From positions 2,432,001 to 2,496,000 of the forward strand of contig OZ253555.1 of assembly GCA_965262725.1 (NCBI GenBank): a DNA stretch of 64,000 bases, read 5' to 3'. Each line of letters opens with the position of its first letter. Position 1 is the stretch's first letter. A program made the position numbers and the translations under genes. The DNA is from Dehalococcoidia bacterium. GTDB taxonomy: Bacteria; Chloroflexota; Dehalococcoidia; UBA2979. Below, one piece after another: positions 9,070 through 19,608 of the stretch. The notes under the pieces are model-generated. The model had not been told where the DNA came from. It worked only from the letters and a program-made list of their open reading frames with translations, and made no database searches.

Positions 9070-9807
9070 TCAGGTCGTTGGGGCACCTCCTCTCGGGGAG
9101 GTCGAGGCCCGGAGCCGGTAGGACTCGGTGCCGGTCTCGATGATATGGGCACGGTAGGTGAGGCGGTCAACGACGGCCGCGGCGAGACGAGGGTCGGTGA
9201 AGATGCGGCCCCACTCGGAGAACGGGGAGTTGGAGGCGACGGCGACCGATGCCCGTTCCTCGCGCTCGGTCAGGATCTGGAACAGCATTTCGGCACCGCG
9301 CGGGTCGAGGTGGACGTACCCGAACTCATCCAGGCAGAGCAGGTCGAGGCGGCCGTAGCGGGCGACGAGGCGTGAGAGCGCGCGATCATCCGACGCTTCG
9401 GCCAGTTCATTCACCAGGGCGGCCGTGGTCATGTACCGCACGCGCAGCCCCAGGTGGCAGGCGGCCATGCCGAGGCCGATGAGCAGGTGTGACTTCCCGG
9501 TGCCGCTGTCACCGAGCAGGACGACGGGCTCGCCCCTTTCGACCCAGTCGCAGCGCTCCAGCGTGGCGAGCGCCGGCGCGTCGACTGTCGGCGCCGCCTC
9601 GAGGTCGAAGTCGGCGAGGTACTTGAAACGCGGGAACCGCGCCTCGACGATACGGCGCTGACGGCGCCGCTCCTCACGGTCATCGCGTTCGGCTCCCAGC
9701 ACTTCGGCGAGCGGGAGCGCCTGCTTCCTGACGGTGGGGAGACGGAGCTCGCGGCAGATCGCCTCGATTGTCAGCTCCGCGGCCTGGTCGGTGAGGGGTG
9801 CTGTCAT
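9070..9807 (-). CDS. istB: IS21 helper ATPase IstB (N-terminal helix appears shortened)
   Basis: GDSGTGKSH Walker A, LLCLDEFGY Walker B, AVVDRL. Confidence 0.9.
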   Translation of the reverse strand: MTAPLTDQAAELTIEAICRELRLPTVRKQALPLAEVLGAERDDREERRRQRRIVEARFPRFKYLADFDLEAAPTVDAPALATLERCDWVERGEPVVLLGDSGTGKSHLLIGLGMAACHLGLRVRYMTTAALVNELAEASDDRALSRLVARYGRLDLLCLDEFGYVHLDPRGAEMLFQILTEREERASVAVASNSPFSEWGRIFTDPRLAAAVVDRLTYRAHIIETGTESYRLRASTSPRGGAPTT

Positions 9808-9823
9808 CGGGTGCCTCCTGTGG

Positions 9824-11458
9824 TCAGCGTGCCGTCGACACCGCAGCGGTGACGGCGGTTGTGGTGGTGTGCGACGCGTTCTCGGCAGACCGCGGAGCGC
9901 GGGAGCGCCCGCCCGGCGACGTGCCGGGCCATCGGGAATCACCCGAGAGCAGCGCATCGTAGCCATCGAGGAGCGGGGCAGGTCGGTCGTAGCGCTCCAG
10001 GTGCGGTCTCTCGACGGCGGCGTCTGGTGGCCTGCGGTCGGCGAGACGGCGCGCCTCGATGGCGACCAGTTCGGGGTTCACCGACTGGATCCTGTTGACC
10101 GTCCCGAGCGCGGCGTGCACCGCCGTGAAGGGAAGATGGCGATGCAGGAGCAGGACCTCGATGTACGCCTGCGTGCCCGCGCGGTCGCCGAGCTTGCGGC
10201 GGGCGCGGTCCCAGAAGCGCTGATGCTCGGCTGTGACGTGTCCCTTCGCACGCGCCTGCTGGAGCGCCACCGAGCCCGGGACCGCCCCGGGCTTGCGCGC
10301 GAGCACCTCCAGATAGTGGTCGAGCAGCAGGACCTCTGCTCCGGTGCGGGCGCTGCGCTCGTGGTGGGCGACTTCACGCCCCTCGGCCCACACGGTCAGG
10401 CTGTTCCCGGACAGCCGCACGTCCAGCTTCCGGCCTGCATAGGCCGCCGGGACCGAGTAGCGGGAGCTACGCACGGCGATGCGCGCCTTGCGGTCGACCT
10501 TCGCGCGCAGCGGGATTGACGGGTCGAAGCGCTCCGCCGGAAGCGGACGCAGCGAGGCCTTCTCGTTCTCTCCCATCTCGCCGACGGTGGCGAGGCGGCT
10601 CTCGATGTGCCGGGCGTCGTCGGTGCGGTCCGCCTCCCGCACTCGTTCGTTCAGCTCGCCGAGGGTCGCCACCTTCGGGACCGGCACGAAGTGCCGCCGG
10701 CGGAAGCGGCCGACCTCGCCCTCCACACCGCCCTTCTCGTGCGCGCCCTCGATGCCGGGCTCACAGAAGAAGCTGTCGAAGCCGTAATGCGAGCGGAGCG
10801 CGATGAAGCGCTCGGTCTGCAGGCGCTCGCGTCCCTGCAGCACGGTGGTGACGGCCGCCGTCAGATTGTCGTAGCGGATGCGCCGCGGCACTCCGCCGAG
10901 CCGCTCGAAGGCGACCACGTGCCCCTCGAGCAGAGACTCCTGGCCCTCGCCGACGAAGCAGACGTGCGCCGCCCGCCCCGAATGCGAGAGCCGCATCACG
11001 AACATCGCCAGCCGGGTCTCGACGCCCTCCAGCCACACCGTCACCGTGCCGAAGTCGACCTCCGCCTCCTCGCCGGGAGGATGGACCTGCGGGATCGTCA
11101 CAACCGCGCGCCCGCCCTGGATCTCGCGACGCAGGCGCGCGACGCAGGCGCGGACCGTGGGCTCGGCCACCGTCGCCCCGTGTTCGTCGACGAGGCGCTC
11201 CCAGATGCGCCGGGCCGTGTGCCGCTGCTTGCGCGGCGCGCTGAGGTCGTCCACGAGCCAGCCCCGGATGACCGAGACGTACGGCCCGAGCTTCGGGGCC
11301 ACGCGGGTCGCCTGCTTGCGTTCCGGGGGTATCGCCGACCCAAGAGCCTGCCGCACCGTGCGCCGGTGCACGCCATGCCGGCGTCCCAGCTCATGGATCG
11401 ACAGCTCCTCCTCCCTCGCCATCCGTCGGATAGACTCGAACAGCTCCACTCTCGACAC
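9824..11458 (-). CDS. istA: IS21 transposase IstA
   Basis: N-terminal HTH, EAEVDFG, IRYDN, HEKGGVEGEVG. Confidence 0.95.
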   Translation of the reverse strand: MSRVELFESIRRMAREEELSIHELGRRHGVHRRTVRQALGSAIPPERKQATRVAPKLGPYVSVIRGWLVDDLSAPRKQRHTARRIWERLVDEHGATVAEPTVRACVARLRREIQGGRAVVTIPQVHPPGEEAEVDFGTVTVWLEGVETRLAMFVMRLSHSGRAAHVCFVGEGQESLLEGHVVAFERLGGVPRRIRYDNLTAAVTTVLQGRERLQTERFIALRSHYGFDSFFCEPGIEGAHEKGGVEGEVGRFRRRHFVPVPKVATLGELNERVREADRTDDARHIESRLATVGEMGENEKASLRPLPAERFDPSIPLRAKVDRKARIAVRSSRYSVPAAYAGRKLDVRLSGNSLTVWAEGREVAHHERSARTGAEVLLLDHYLEVLARKPGAVPGSVALQQARAKGHVTAEHQRFWDRARRKLGDRAGTQAYIEVLLLHRHLPFTAVHAALGTVNRIQSVNPELVAIEARRLADRRPPDAAVERPHLERYDRPAPLLDGYDALLSGDSRWPGTSPGGRSRAPRSAENASHTTTTAVTAAVSTAR

Positions 11459-12930
11459 ACTCCTCTTCCCTCGCTCCGGGAGTCATGCAGTCACCCGAGC
11501 GTAGATCCTGGATGGGTCGGGGGTGGGGCCAATTCAAAGGATCAAAACGGCTCCAGGTGGGGCCAATTCAGAGCATCATTCCCAAACGAGCCCATGGCGA
11601 CTGCCGAGCCCACGGCGACTGCCGAGCCCACAGCGACTGCCGAGCCCGCGGCGATAGCGACACCCTCGACGCCGCCTCCGCTGCTCACTGCCGAGGATCT
11701 AGGCATCCGCGAGGTCGACACGGCCGAGGCGCTGGCGGCGGCAGGCCTCACCCGCGCGCGCTATGGCGCGGGCGAGGAGGTGCCGTGGGACCCCGGGCTG
11801 TTCCTGCTCGACGTGGAGTCGGGCGAGGTCGAGGGATGGGTGCGCTCGCTCGCCGCGCTGCCCGAGGAAGAGCGCTTGGCGGCCAGTCGCGCGGGCGACG
11901 AGTTCGATGTCTCGCCGAGTGTCCGCTTCGTGAGCTGGGCAGACCACGGAGTCCTCTACGACCGGCATACCGGGCGCACCTACAGCTGGGATCGGCAGGG
12001 GACCCAGTTCGATCGGTGGTGGGGAACCGGGTCCGGCGAACGGCTTCTCTTCTACCACGTGAGATCCGGCAGCTTCGTGGCGATGGATGCCGAGATGCGG
12101 CCCGTGGCGCGGTTCACGCTTCCGCCCGGCGAGCGCACCACCAGCCCGAACGGCGGCTACATCCTCATCCGCGAGTGCATTGGGTGTGAGCCGGGCGACC
12201 GCTTCCAGCTCGTCAACCTCGCGGACGAGGCCAACCCCGAGGTCTACTCGTGGGTACTTCCCTGGAAGACCTTCTGGTACAAGCAGGCGGGCCCCTCCTA
12301 CGGGATCGAGCTACGTGAGGACCTCGTTGCATTCGTCGCCGATACGGGTTCCGGCACATGCCGCGTGGCTCGCTATGGCCTCAATGGCTCGCTCCTCTCC
12401 GACCGGACGATTCCGTGCTGGCTGAACGTGTGGGCCGGCGGCGACTTTCCTCGCATCTCCCCGAACGGGCGCCTGGTTGCCGGCGCGACTGCCGGATACC
12501 CATCTGAGACCCAATACGGTGACTATCCCGCCGCCGCGGCCGTCTCCGTCTTCGACGCCGCAACCGGCGATGAGATCATGCGCGTCAAGAGCGTGTCCGC
12601 GCCCTGGTTCTGGGAGATCGAGATCACGGATCCATGGCTCGCGGATGGCTCTGGGATCATCGTCGGCACACGCCTTGGGCCGCGCGTCGCGACGATCGAC
12701 GGAGCGTGGAAGGAGGCTCCTGGCCTGCCGGCTCCGGATGATCCCGATCTCTTCTTCGCCTCCAGCTACGCGACCACCTGGTCGAGGTGGGCCGTCGTGA
12801 ACGGACGAGGGGAGGTGCAGGCGTCCATCTCCTTTGGCGGTCCCAGCGCACCGATTCCTGGACCCGGCTACCAAGCTGCGCTCGTCCTCGACGAGCGTGC
12901 CGAATGGGGCGTCACCGGGAACGCCCTAAG

Positions 12931-14589
12931 CCCTGATCCACCGAAGAAGAGTGCGCGAGCGTCTGCGGTTGGGTGCTCCGCTGTAGCTGGGACAATGGTT
13001 TTTGAACGAATCACGTCACAGCCACAGGGAGCACCCATTCGATGCTAGCAACGAGCAGCCCCGACCGGATACACATCGCCTTCGACGACGACCGCCTCGT
13101 GGACCACGCGGGCCTGCTGCTCCCGGCCACGCTCGCTGGCCGGCTCGGCCTCCGTGAACTGGCAGACGCCCACCTCGACCTCGGTGACGCAGCGGGGCGG
13201 GCGAACGTCGGCGACAAGCTGATGACTCTCATCGCCTCGGCGCTCGCGGGCGGCGACTGCATCGATGACGCCGATGCCATGCGCTCAGGCGGCGCCGGGC
13301 GCGTGCTCGGCTGCACCGTGAAGGCGCCGTCCACCCTCGGGACCTTCCTGCGCAGCTTCCGTTGGGGCCACGTCCGTCAGCTCGACCGCGTCAGCCGCGA
13401 GTTGCTGGCCCGCAGCTGGGCGGCCGGGGCGGGACCCGGCGCGGCGCCGTTCACCATCGACCTCGACTCGACGCTCTGCGAGACCTACGGCCTCGCCAAG
13501 GAGGGCGCCCGGCACCACGGCTACACGGGCGTGCGCGGCTATCACCCGCTGCTCGCGGTGGCGGCCGGGACGGGTGAGGTGCTGATGGCGCGGCTGCGCG
13601 GGGGCCGTGCCAACACCGCTCGGGGGGCCGCACACTTCCTGCGTGAGACGGTGGCGCGGGTGCGCGACGCCGGGGCCTCGGGGCAGCTCACGCTGCGCGC
13701 CGACAGCGGCTTCTACAGCCACGCTGTCGTCGCCGCCTGCCGCAAGCAGGATGTCCGCTTCTCCATCACCATTCGCCAGCAGCCGAACGTACGCACGCTG
13801 ATCGAGGCGATACCGGAAGAGGACTGGACGCCGATCCCGTACTGGCTGCCGGGCGGCGCCGCTGTCGCCGAGACGACCTACACGCCGTTCCAGCACACGG
13901 GGGACGCCACTGCGGTGCGGCTCATCGTGCGGCGCGTCACGCCGACGCCCGGGTCACAGCTCGCGCTCTTCGTGGACTACAGTTACCACGCCTTCATCAC
14001 CAACCGCGCGGGGGAGATGATGGAGCTGGAGGCCGACCATCGCCGTCACGCCGAGATCGAGAACGCGATCCGCGACCTCAAGTACGGCGTCGGGTTGAAC
14101 CATCTCCCCTCGGGCCGCTTCGCCGCGAACGCGGCGTGGCTCGCGGTGCAGGTGATCGCGCACAACCTCGCCCGCTGGACGGCGCGCCTCGGGCTCGGCG
14201 AGGGAATCATGACGACCAGGACGCTCAGGCGGCGCTACTTCTCTCTCGCCGGACGGCTCACCCGCTCTGCCCGGCGGTGGACTCTGCACCTCCCGAAGCG
14301 CTGGCCCTGGGCAGAGCAGCTGGCAGCCGCGCTCGCGCGACTACGGGCGATACCGCTCCCGGCCTGACGCCCGCTCACAGCGCCGACCCGGGTCCGAGGC
14401 TCGCGCCAGCATGCCCGCCCACGCCTCGCGCACCCTCGCGCCCGCACCCTCAGCGCCCCCGAGCGGTGCTGAGCGACGGCTCCTGGCTCCGGCCCGCCCC
14501 CGGCGCCGCCCGGCGAACGCCGGCACGCCCGCCGAACTCTCCGGCAGCCCGGCACCCCGCCTCGTCAAGCTTCGATCGGTGGATTCGAG
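12931..14589 (+). mobile_element. IS1380-family element, copy 1; 5-bp TSD CTAAG
   Basis: Ends CCCTGATCCACCGAA...TCGGTGGATTCGAG; CTAAG at 12926-12930 and 14590-14594. Confidence 0.95.
13042..14367 (+). CDS. IS1380 transposase (DDE_Tnp_1_4)
   Basis: IDLDST, GYHPL, RADSGF, HRRHAEIENAIRDLK, FAANAAW. Confidence 0.95.
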   Translation: MLATSSPDRIHIAFDDDRLVDHAGLLLPATLAGRLGLRELADAHLDLGDAAGRANVGDKLMTLIASALAGGDCIDDADAMRSGGAGRVLGCTVKAPSTLGTFLRSFRWGHVRQLDRVSRELLARSWAAGAGPGAAPFTIDLDSTLCETYGLAKEGARHHGYTGVRGYHPLLAVAAGTGEVLMARLRGGRANTARGAAHFLRETVARVRDAGASGQLTLRADSGFYSHAVVAACRKQDVRFSITIRQQPNVRTLIEAIPEEDWTPIPYWLPGGAAVAETTYTPFQHTGDATAVRLIVRRVTPTPGSQLALFVDYSYHAFITNRAGEMMELEADHRRHAEIENAIRDLKYGVGLNHLPSGRFAANAAWLAVQVIAHNLARWTARLGLGEGIMTTRTLRRRYFSLAGRLTRSARRWTLHLPKRWPWAEQLAAALARLRAIPLPA

Positions 14590-14995
14590 CTAAGTCTCCG
14601 CACCAGGTTCTTCCACACGCAGGAATTCGGCGACGGTGGAGCTGCGCCGCCGCTCGAGCCACTGATCGAGCTTCCGCCCTTCGAGAACCGGTTGCTCGTC
14701 GAGGTCATCGTCGATACCTGCCTGAACCTTCGCGAGGAGCCCGTCGACAGCTCGACAATCGTCGGCTGCCTGCCACACGGTGCTGTCGCCGAGGTCGTCC
14801 CGACGGACGCGTACGTCTACTACAGCCGTTGGATCCACCTCGTCACCGATGATGGCCTCGAGGGCTGGGTGCCAGCGCTGCACGTGAGCTGGCATTCGGA
14901 CGGCGTGCGTCTCGAGGAGTAGCGCCCGTACAGCTTCCAGCTGGAGGCGCACGGCGACGGTACTACCTACGCTGCGGAGTGGGGGACGGGCCTCG

Positions 14996-16819
14996 ATGAC
15001 AGGCCAAAACTTCCCGGCGCTCGGCCTCGGCGCGCTCGCGTTGGTGCTGGTGATCGCCTGCTCCCGTACGGAAGACCCGGTGCCACACCCAGCAGCGACC
15101 ACGACGCTGGACCGGTCGTCCTCGACGACCCCGGTCGCCACGCCCGCGACTCCCGAGCCGCGGGCCGTGCCCATGGCGGACGCGTCTCCGTCCGCGTCTG
15201 AGACGGCGACGCCGCCCGCCGCGGCGGGCACCTCCACCGCGCCACCCGCCGCACCGGCGACGCCAGTGCCGACCCCGACCGCCCCACCCTCGCCGACTCT
15301 CACCACGTGCCACGGCATCGCGTGCATCATCGGGCCCGCACCCGATGTCTTCGAGCACGCGACGTGGGCGCCCGGCGAACGCGCCGACTGGCCCTCCGGC
15401 ATGTTCTTCCTGAGCGCCGAAACCGGACGGACAGAGGGCTACCGCGTTCGGACCGACGGTTCCTACATCGGTGATGTGTACCAGTCGGGCCCCTCCGGGA
15501 GCTGGGTCTTCATCGGAACGAGACACGGTGAGGAAGATGTCACGCTGCTCCACGACCGCCAGGCCGGCCAGTCGTGGCAATGGCCCACCGATCGGCTCAC
15601 GATCGTTGCCCTCTCGCGTGAGCATGTCCTCTTTGAGGATCGCAGCGAGAACTACACGCTCACAAACCGCTCCCTGGAAGCAACAGCCCGGTTCTCGCTG
15701 CACATTGGTGATGCGTCAGATCCGGCTATCCGCCAGGGCCTGATTTCGCCCGATGGGCGGGTCGTCGCCCTTCGCTTGCGCGGCAAGGAGTTCGGCGACA
15801 GCGTGCACGTTATCGATGTTGAGAGCGTCGAGCACAAGCTGATCGTCCCGATCGTCCCGCGTGAGAACCATCGGATCTACGTCCGGATCAAGCCGCTGGG
15901 GAGCGGCATCGGGCTGGCCGTGACGACGACGCACCTCCCCGACGATCGGCAGTCTGCGCCCATCGAGGAGTCTCGACACTTTAGCTGGACAGGTGCCGAT
16001 CTCTCCCCGGGGTCATGCCCGGGGCGGCTCTCTCCGGACGGCCGCTACGTCGCCCGGCAGGAAGGCTCACCGATCTGGGTGCGGTACGCCACACCACTCC
16101 TCGAGCCCGAGCAACCCTGGGCATCGGTCGTTATCGCCGACGCGGCGAGTTGCGAGCCGGTCGTCCGCGTGCGCTCCGCCCATGCCAGCCAGATCTTCTG
16201 GGAGGGGAGGTGGCTAGCGAACAGCGAGGGCTTCGTCGTGGGTGTGCGCGCGCGGCCGGGGACCGACGGGAAGGACTACATGGTTGTCCGGGTCAGCCCC
16301 CGCCCGGAGCTCGTGTACCTGCCGCGCCCACCGCTCCCCGGGGGCGGATCTGCTCCCATACCCGCACCCGCCGGTGACGGTCGCTACTTCTCGTACGACT
16401 TCGCCGGGATCTACGATGCAAGGTCCGACCGCTGGATACTCGCGCCCTTCGCGCCCTCCGGACCTGGGAACGGGCCGTTCTCGTGGGACACGGATGGCGA
16501 CGAGCTACAGCTCACGTTCACGTACTGGGGTGAGGGCAGGGCAATCTGGCTTCTTCTCCAACCGAAGCTCGAGTTGCCGCCCCTCGGCGAGGAAGCAGTC
16601 TTCCGCGTGGCGGGCCCCGCCGCCTGCCACGAACTGCACACGACCTCCCAGTCCGGTGATGTCATCGCCTGCCTTCCTAGCGGCGCCCGGCTTGTCTTCG
16701 TCGGGTCCGTCGTTGCTATCGACCTCTACGGCACCCCGCTCGATTCGCCATGGGTCCGCGTCCGGACCGATGATGGAGTCGTCGGCTGGATGTTGATCGA
16801 CCACATTGCCTGGTACTAG
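14996..16819 (+). CDS. exported lipoprotein with Pro/Thr-rich linker, probable beta-propeller and C-terminal SH3-like domain
   Basis: Signal peptide ending LVIAC, PT-rich stretch, repeated SPDGR motifs, terminal WVRVRTDDGVVGWM. Confidence 0.75.
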   Translation: MTGQNFPALGLGALALVLVIACSRTEDPVPHPAATTTLDRSSSTTPVATPATPEPRAVPMADASPSASETATPPAAAGTSTAPPAAPATPVPTPTAPPSPTLTTCHGIACIIGPAPDVFEHATWAPGERADWPSGMFFLSAETGRTEGYRVRTDGSYIGDVYQSGPSGSWVFIGTRHGEEDVTLLHDRQAGQSWQWPTDRLTIVALSREHVLFEDRSENYTLTNRSLEATARFSLHIGDASDPAIRQGLISPDGRVVALRLRGKEFGDSVHVIDVESVEHKLIVPIVPRENHRIYVRIKPLGSGIGLAVTTTHLPDDRQSAPIEESRHFSWTGADLSPGSCPGRLSPDGRYVARQEGSPIWVRYATPLLEPEQPWASVVIADAASCEPVVRVRSAHASQIFWEGRWLANSEGFVVGVRARPGTDGKDYMVVRVSPRPELVYLPRPPLPGGGSAPIPAPAGDGRYFSYDFAGIYDARSDRWILAPFAPSGPGNGPFSWDTDGDELQLTFTYWGEGRAIWLLLQPKLELPPLGEEAVFRVAGPAACHELHTTSQSGDVIACLPSGARLVFVGSVVAIDLYGTPLDSPWVRVRTDDGVVGWMLIDHIAWY

Positions 16820-17209
16820 GCTGCTGCCGCGAGCGCCGGGTCGAGCCGACCCGCGGCACGCCAGACACTCCGCGTCGAGGCGGTCGGTTTTCCGCTGGCT
16901 GCGCGTGGTCAGCGCCACCCCCTTACCTTCTTTCTGCGGCCTGGGTAGCTTCCCGGGCCGGGAGTCCGGCAGTGCCGGCATGGCTCAGTGCCCCCTGTCG
17001 CTTGACGGCCTGGGGGGTGTTGCCACCGGCACTGCTCGGTGCGTGAACCTCTGATAGGGACATGCGAGTTAATCGCTGATTCGTAAGGTGGATGACGGCG
17101 CGCGCACCTGCGGCCTTCCGGACGAGTGGACGAAGCACCCGAGAGGAGCCGCAGTGGGAACGCCCGCCCTTCGACAGACGCCCGGACGGGCGTCCTGAGA
17201 CAGGCTCAT

Positions 17210-19258
17210 CTAGTAGCTGTGCCAGTAGAGGTCGAGGTGTCCCTGCGGGTCATATCCAGTGTCTCCCCAGCACACCGCTTCACCAGCTTCAGTCAGCGCG
17301 CAAGTCCGGAAGATGCCGGCGCTGAGTGCCACGTAGCGTCCCGGACGAGCGTCCAACTGGCCGTAGCTGTTGTCTCCCCAGCAGACCGCCTCGCCAGCGT
17401 CGGTGAGCGCGCAGGTGTGATTCCAACCCGCGCTGACCGCCTCATATCGCCCCGGCGGCACACCCGACTGTCCATACTCGTGCCTTCCCGATCCATCACC
17501 TCGGTCGCGCCAGCACACCACTTCACCCATCTCGGCCAGAGCGCACACGTGCTCCCGTCCCACGCTGATCGCGCTATGACGGCCCGCTGGTGTGTCCGTC
17601 GTCCCGCTGCCGGTGGAGCCCCAGCAGACCGCCTCGCCAGCATCGGTGAGCGCGCAGGTCCGGATCCGACCGGCGCTGATCGCGCCGTACCGTCCCGGAG
17701 GCGCGTCCAGCTGGCCATAGCTGTTGTCTCCCCAGCAGACCGCCTCGCCAGCATCGGTGAGCGCGCAGGTCCGGATCCGACCGGCGCTGATCGCGCCGTA
17801 CCGTCCCGGAGGCGCGTCCAGCTGGCCATAGCTGTTGTCTCCCCAGCAGACCGCCTCGCCCGCGTCGGTCAGCGCGCAGGCGTGATACCAGCCCGCCCCG
17901 ATTGCCACGTAGTGACCCGGCGGTGCGTCCGACTGCCCGCTCTGGTTGTCTCCCCAGCAGACCGCCTGGCCGTCGACGGTCAGCGCGCACGTGTGCGTGT
18001 CACTCGCGCTGACCGTCGTATAGCGGCCCGGTGGGGCCGCGAGTTGCCCACGCCAGTTCCAACCCCAGCACACCGCTTCGCCAGCACCGGTCAGGGCACA
18101 TGTGTGGAATCCGCCGTCACTCACCGCCACGTGGTGACCCGGAACGGGATCGGACGGCCGCGCCTCGATGTCCTCCCAGCAGACCGCTTCGCCCGCCTCG
18201 GTCAGCGCGCAGGCGTACCGCCAGCCCGTGCTGATCGCCGCGTAAGGGCCCGGGGCAGGATCCGGCGGCGTCATCACGGTCCACCAGCCCCAACAGACGG
18301 CCTCCCCCGTCGCAGTCAGGGCGCATGTGTCGGACGGACCCATGCTGATGGCCGTGAAGCGGCCCGGAGGCGCGTACCCTTCCCACAGGCCCGCGTCCCA
18401 CGGGCCGCCGTCCCGCGTGCTCCGGCAGACCGCCTCGCCGACATCGGTCAGCGCGCAGAATTCGTTGCCGTTCGTGGTCACCGCCAGATAGTGGCCGCGA
18501 TACCTGCTCACACCGGTTGAGTTCTTCGATTCTGGTTCCCAGCACACGATCTCGCCTGCGCTGGTGAGGGCGCAGCTGTTGCTCGCTTCGCCTTCGCCCC
18601 TGACGTAACCCGTGCTGATCGCCGTGTATCGGCCCGGCGGCGCGGCGGCGGCCAGGCGACCCCAGCAGGTAGCCTCGCCAACCTCGGTGAGTGCGCACGT
18701 GTGGACGCCGCTGGTGCTGACCGCCGTGTAGTGCTCCAACGACGTGCCGCTGCCGCCGTACCCGCCACCCCAGCAGACTTTCTTGCCCGCATCGGTCAGC
18801 GCGCAAGTCTCGTCCATACCAGCACTGATCGCCGAATAGCGGCCTGCCGGCGACTCGAGCTGCCCGGCGGCGTTGTCGCCCCAGCAGACTACTTCGCCCG
18901 CGTCGGTGAGCGCGCAGGCATGCCCCCGCCCGACGCTGATCGCGGCATAGCGGCCCGGCGGCACGGCCAGCGGTGTCGCGGTCGACGCGGCAGCCGGCGT
19001 CACGGTGGGCGTGAGCGAGGCGGTCGGTTCCGCGGGCGCGGCAGGCATCGGCGTGGCGACGGGCGTGGGCGTCGCCGTCGCCGCCAGGGCTGGCGTCAGC
19101 GTCGGGGCTGGCGAGGCCGCGAGGGGCACGGTTGCGGTCGGCGCGACCGTAGCGGCGTCTTCATCGCCGCCGGTGCAGGCGAGCGCTAGAAGGAGTGCGA
19201 GCAGCAGGGCGACGCCGATGCTCCCGCGCCCTGCCGTTCGGTGCCGGATCCGGATCAT
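17210..19258 (-). CDS. RCC1/BLIP-II repeat lipoprotein
   Basis: Lipobox-like LALAC, PT linker, then many repeats of ISAG..HTCALT.AGEAVCWG. Confidence 0.9.
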   Translation of the reverse strand: MIRIRHRTAGRGSIGVALLLALLLALACTGGDEDAATVAPTATVPLAASPAPTLTPALAATATPTPVATPMPAAPAEPTASLTPTVTPAAASTATPLAVPPGRYAAISVGRGHACALTDAGEVVCWGDNAAGQLESPAGRYSAISAGMDETCALTDAGKKVCWGGGYGGSGTSLEHYTAVSTSGVHTCALTEVGEATCWGRLAAAAPPGRYTAISTGYVRGEGEASNSCALTSAGEIVCWEPESKNSTGVSRYRGHYLAVTTNGNEFCALTDVGEAVCRSTRDGGPWDAGLWEGYAPPGRFTAISMGPSDTCALTATGEAVCWGWWTVMTPPDPAPGPYAAISTGWRYACALTEAGEAVCWEDIEARPSDPVPGHHVAVSDGGFHTCALTGAGEAVCWGWNWRGQLAAPPGRYTTVSASDTHTCALTVDGQAVCWGDNQSGQSDAPPGHYVAIGAGWYHACALTDAGEAVCWGDNSYGQLDAPPGRYGAISAGRIRTCALTDAGEAVCWGDNSYGQLDAPPGRYGAISAGRIRTCALTDAGEAVCWGSTGSGTTDTPAGRHSAISVGREHVCALAEMGEVVCWRDRGDGSGRHEYGQSGVPPGRYEAVSAGWNHTCALTDAGEAVCWGDNSYGQLDARPGRYVALSAGIFRTCALTEAGEAVCWGDTGYDPQGHLDLYWHSY
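17621..17860. repeat. exact 111-bp tandem duplication (one RCC1 blade)
   Basis: Identical units start at 17621 and 17732; a third begins at 17843. Confidence 0.85.
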
Positions 19259-19608
19259 CGCCGCTCCGTGTGTCCGCCCACCGAGCGCAGCGCGTGGGTC
19301 CGCGCCGATGCCGTCGCGGACACGCGCGTAGGCAGTGCCGCCCCATTCCGAGGGTGTCGCGGCGGCAAGCGTGACGCTAGCGGAGCCATCGCCGACGGGC
19401 GCACGCGCCCGCAGCATAAGCCGCCGCCGACCCATCGTCGCCGCGCGAGCGAAACGCGTGCCGCGTGCCACCGAAGGAGCGCACCGCTGGGCCCGAATTC
19501 GTCGCCGACACCGACCACCCGAAGACGGCCTCCTGCGCCGTCGCCGTGGGCGGCCACGATAGTCAGCCCATACTTGGGGCGGCGTTGCTGCGTCGCGGGA
19601 GAAGTGCG

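Larger units (their letters stand above)
9003..11584 (-). mobile_element. IS21-family element
   Basis: Terminal inverted repeats TGGGAATGATGC / GCATCATTCCCA, internal (C)TGGCCCCAC repeats at both ends, istA-istB pair. Confidence 0.95.
8679..14922 (+). pseudogene. exported lipoprotein (Pro/Thr linker, beta-rich core, C-terminal SH3-like domain) interrupted by IS21 and IS1380
   Basis: Pieces at 8679-9002 (signal LGSAC plus ATAEPT repeats), 11585-12930 and 14590-14922 (WIHLVTDDGLEGWV). Removing IS1380 plus one CTAAG restores the frame. Paralog of 14996-16819. Confidence 0.8.

Noticed and set aside
10607-13048. 813-aa ORF as a real gene
   Set aside because: It is a chimera of the IS21 antisense strand, the middle of the interrupted lipoprotein and the IS1380 end.
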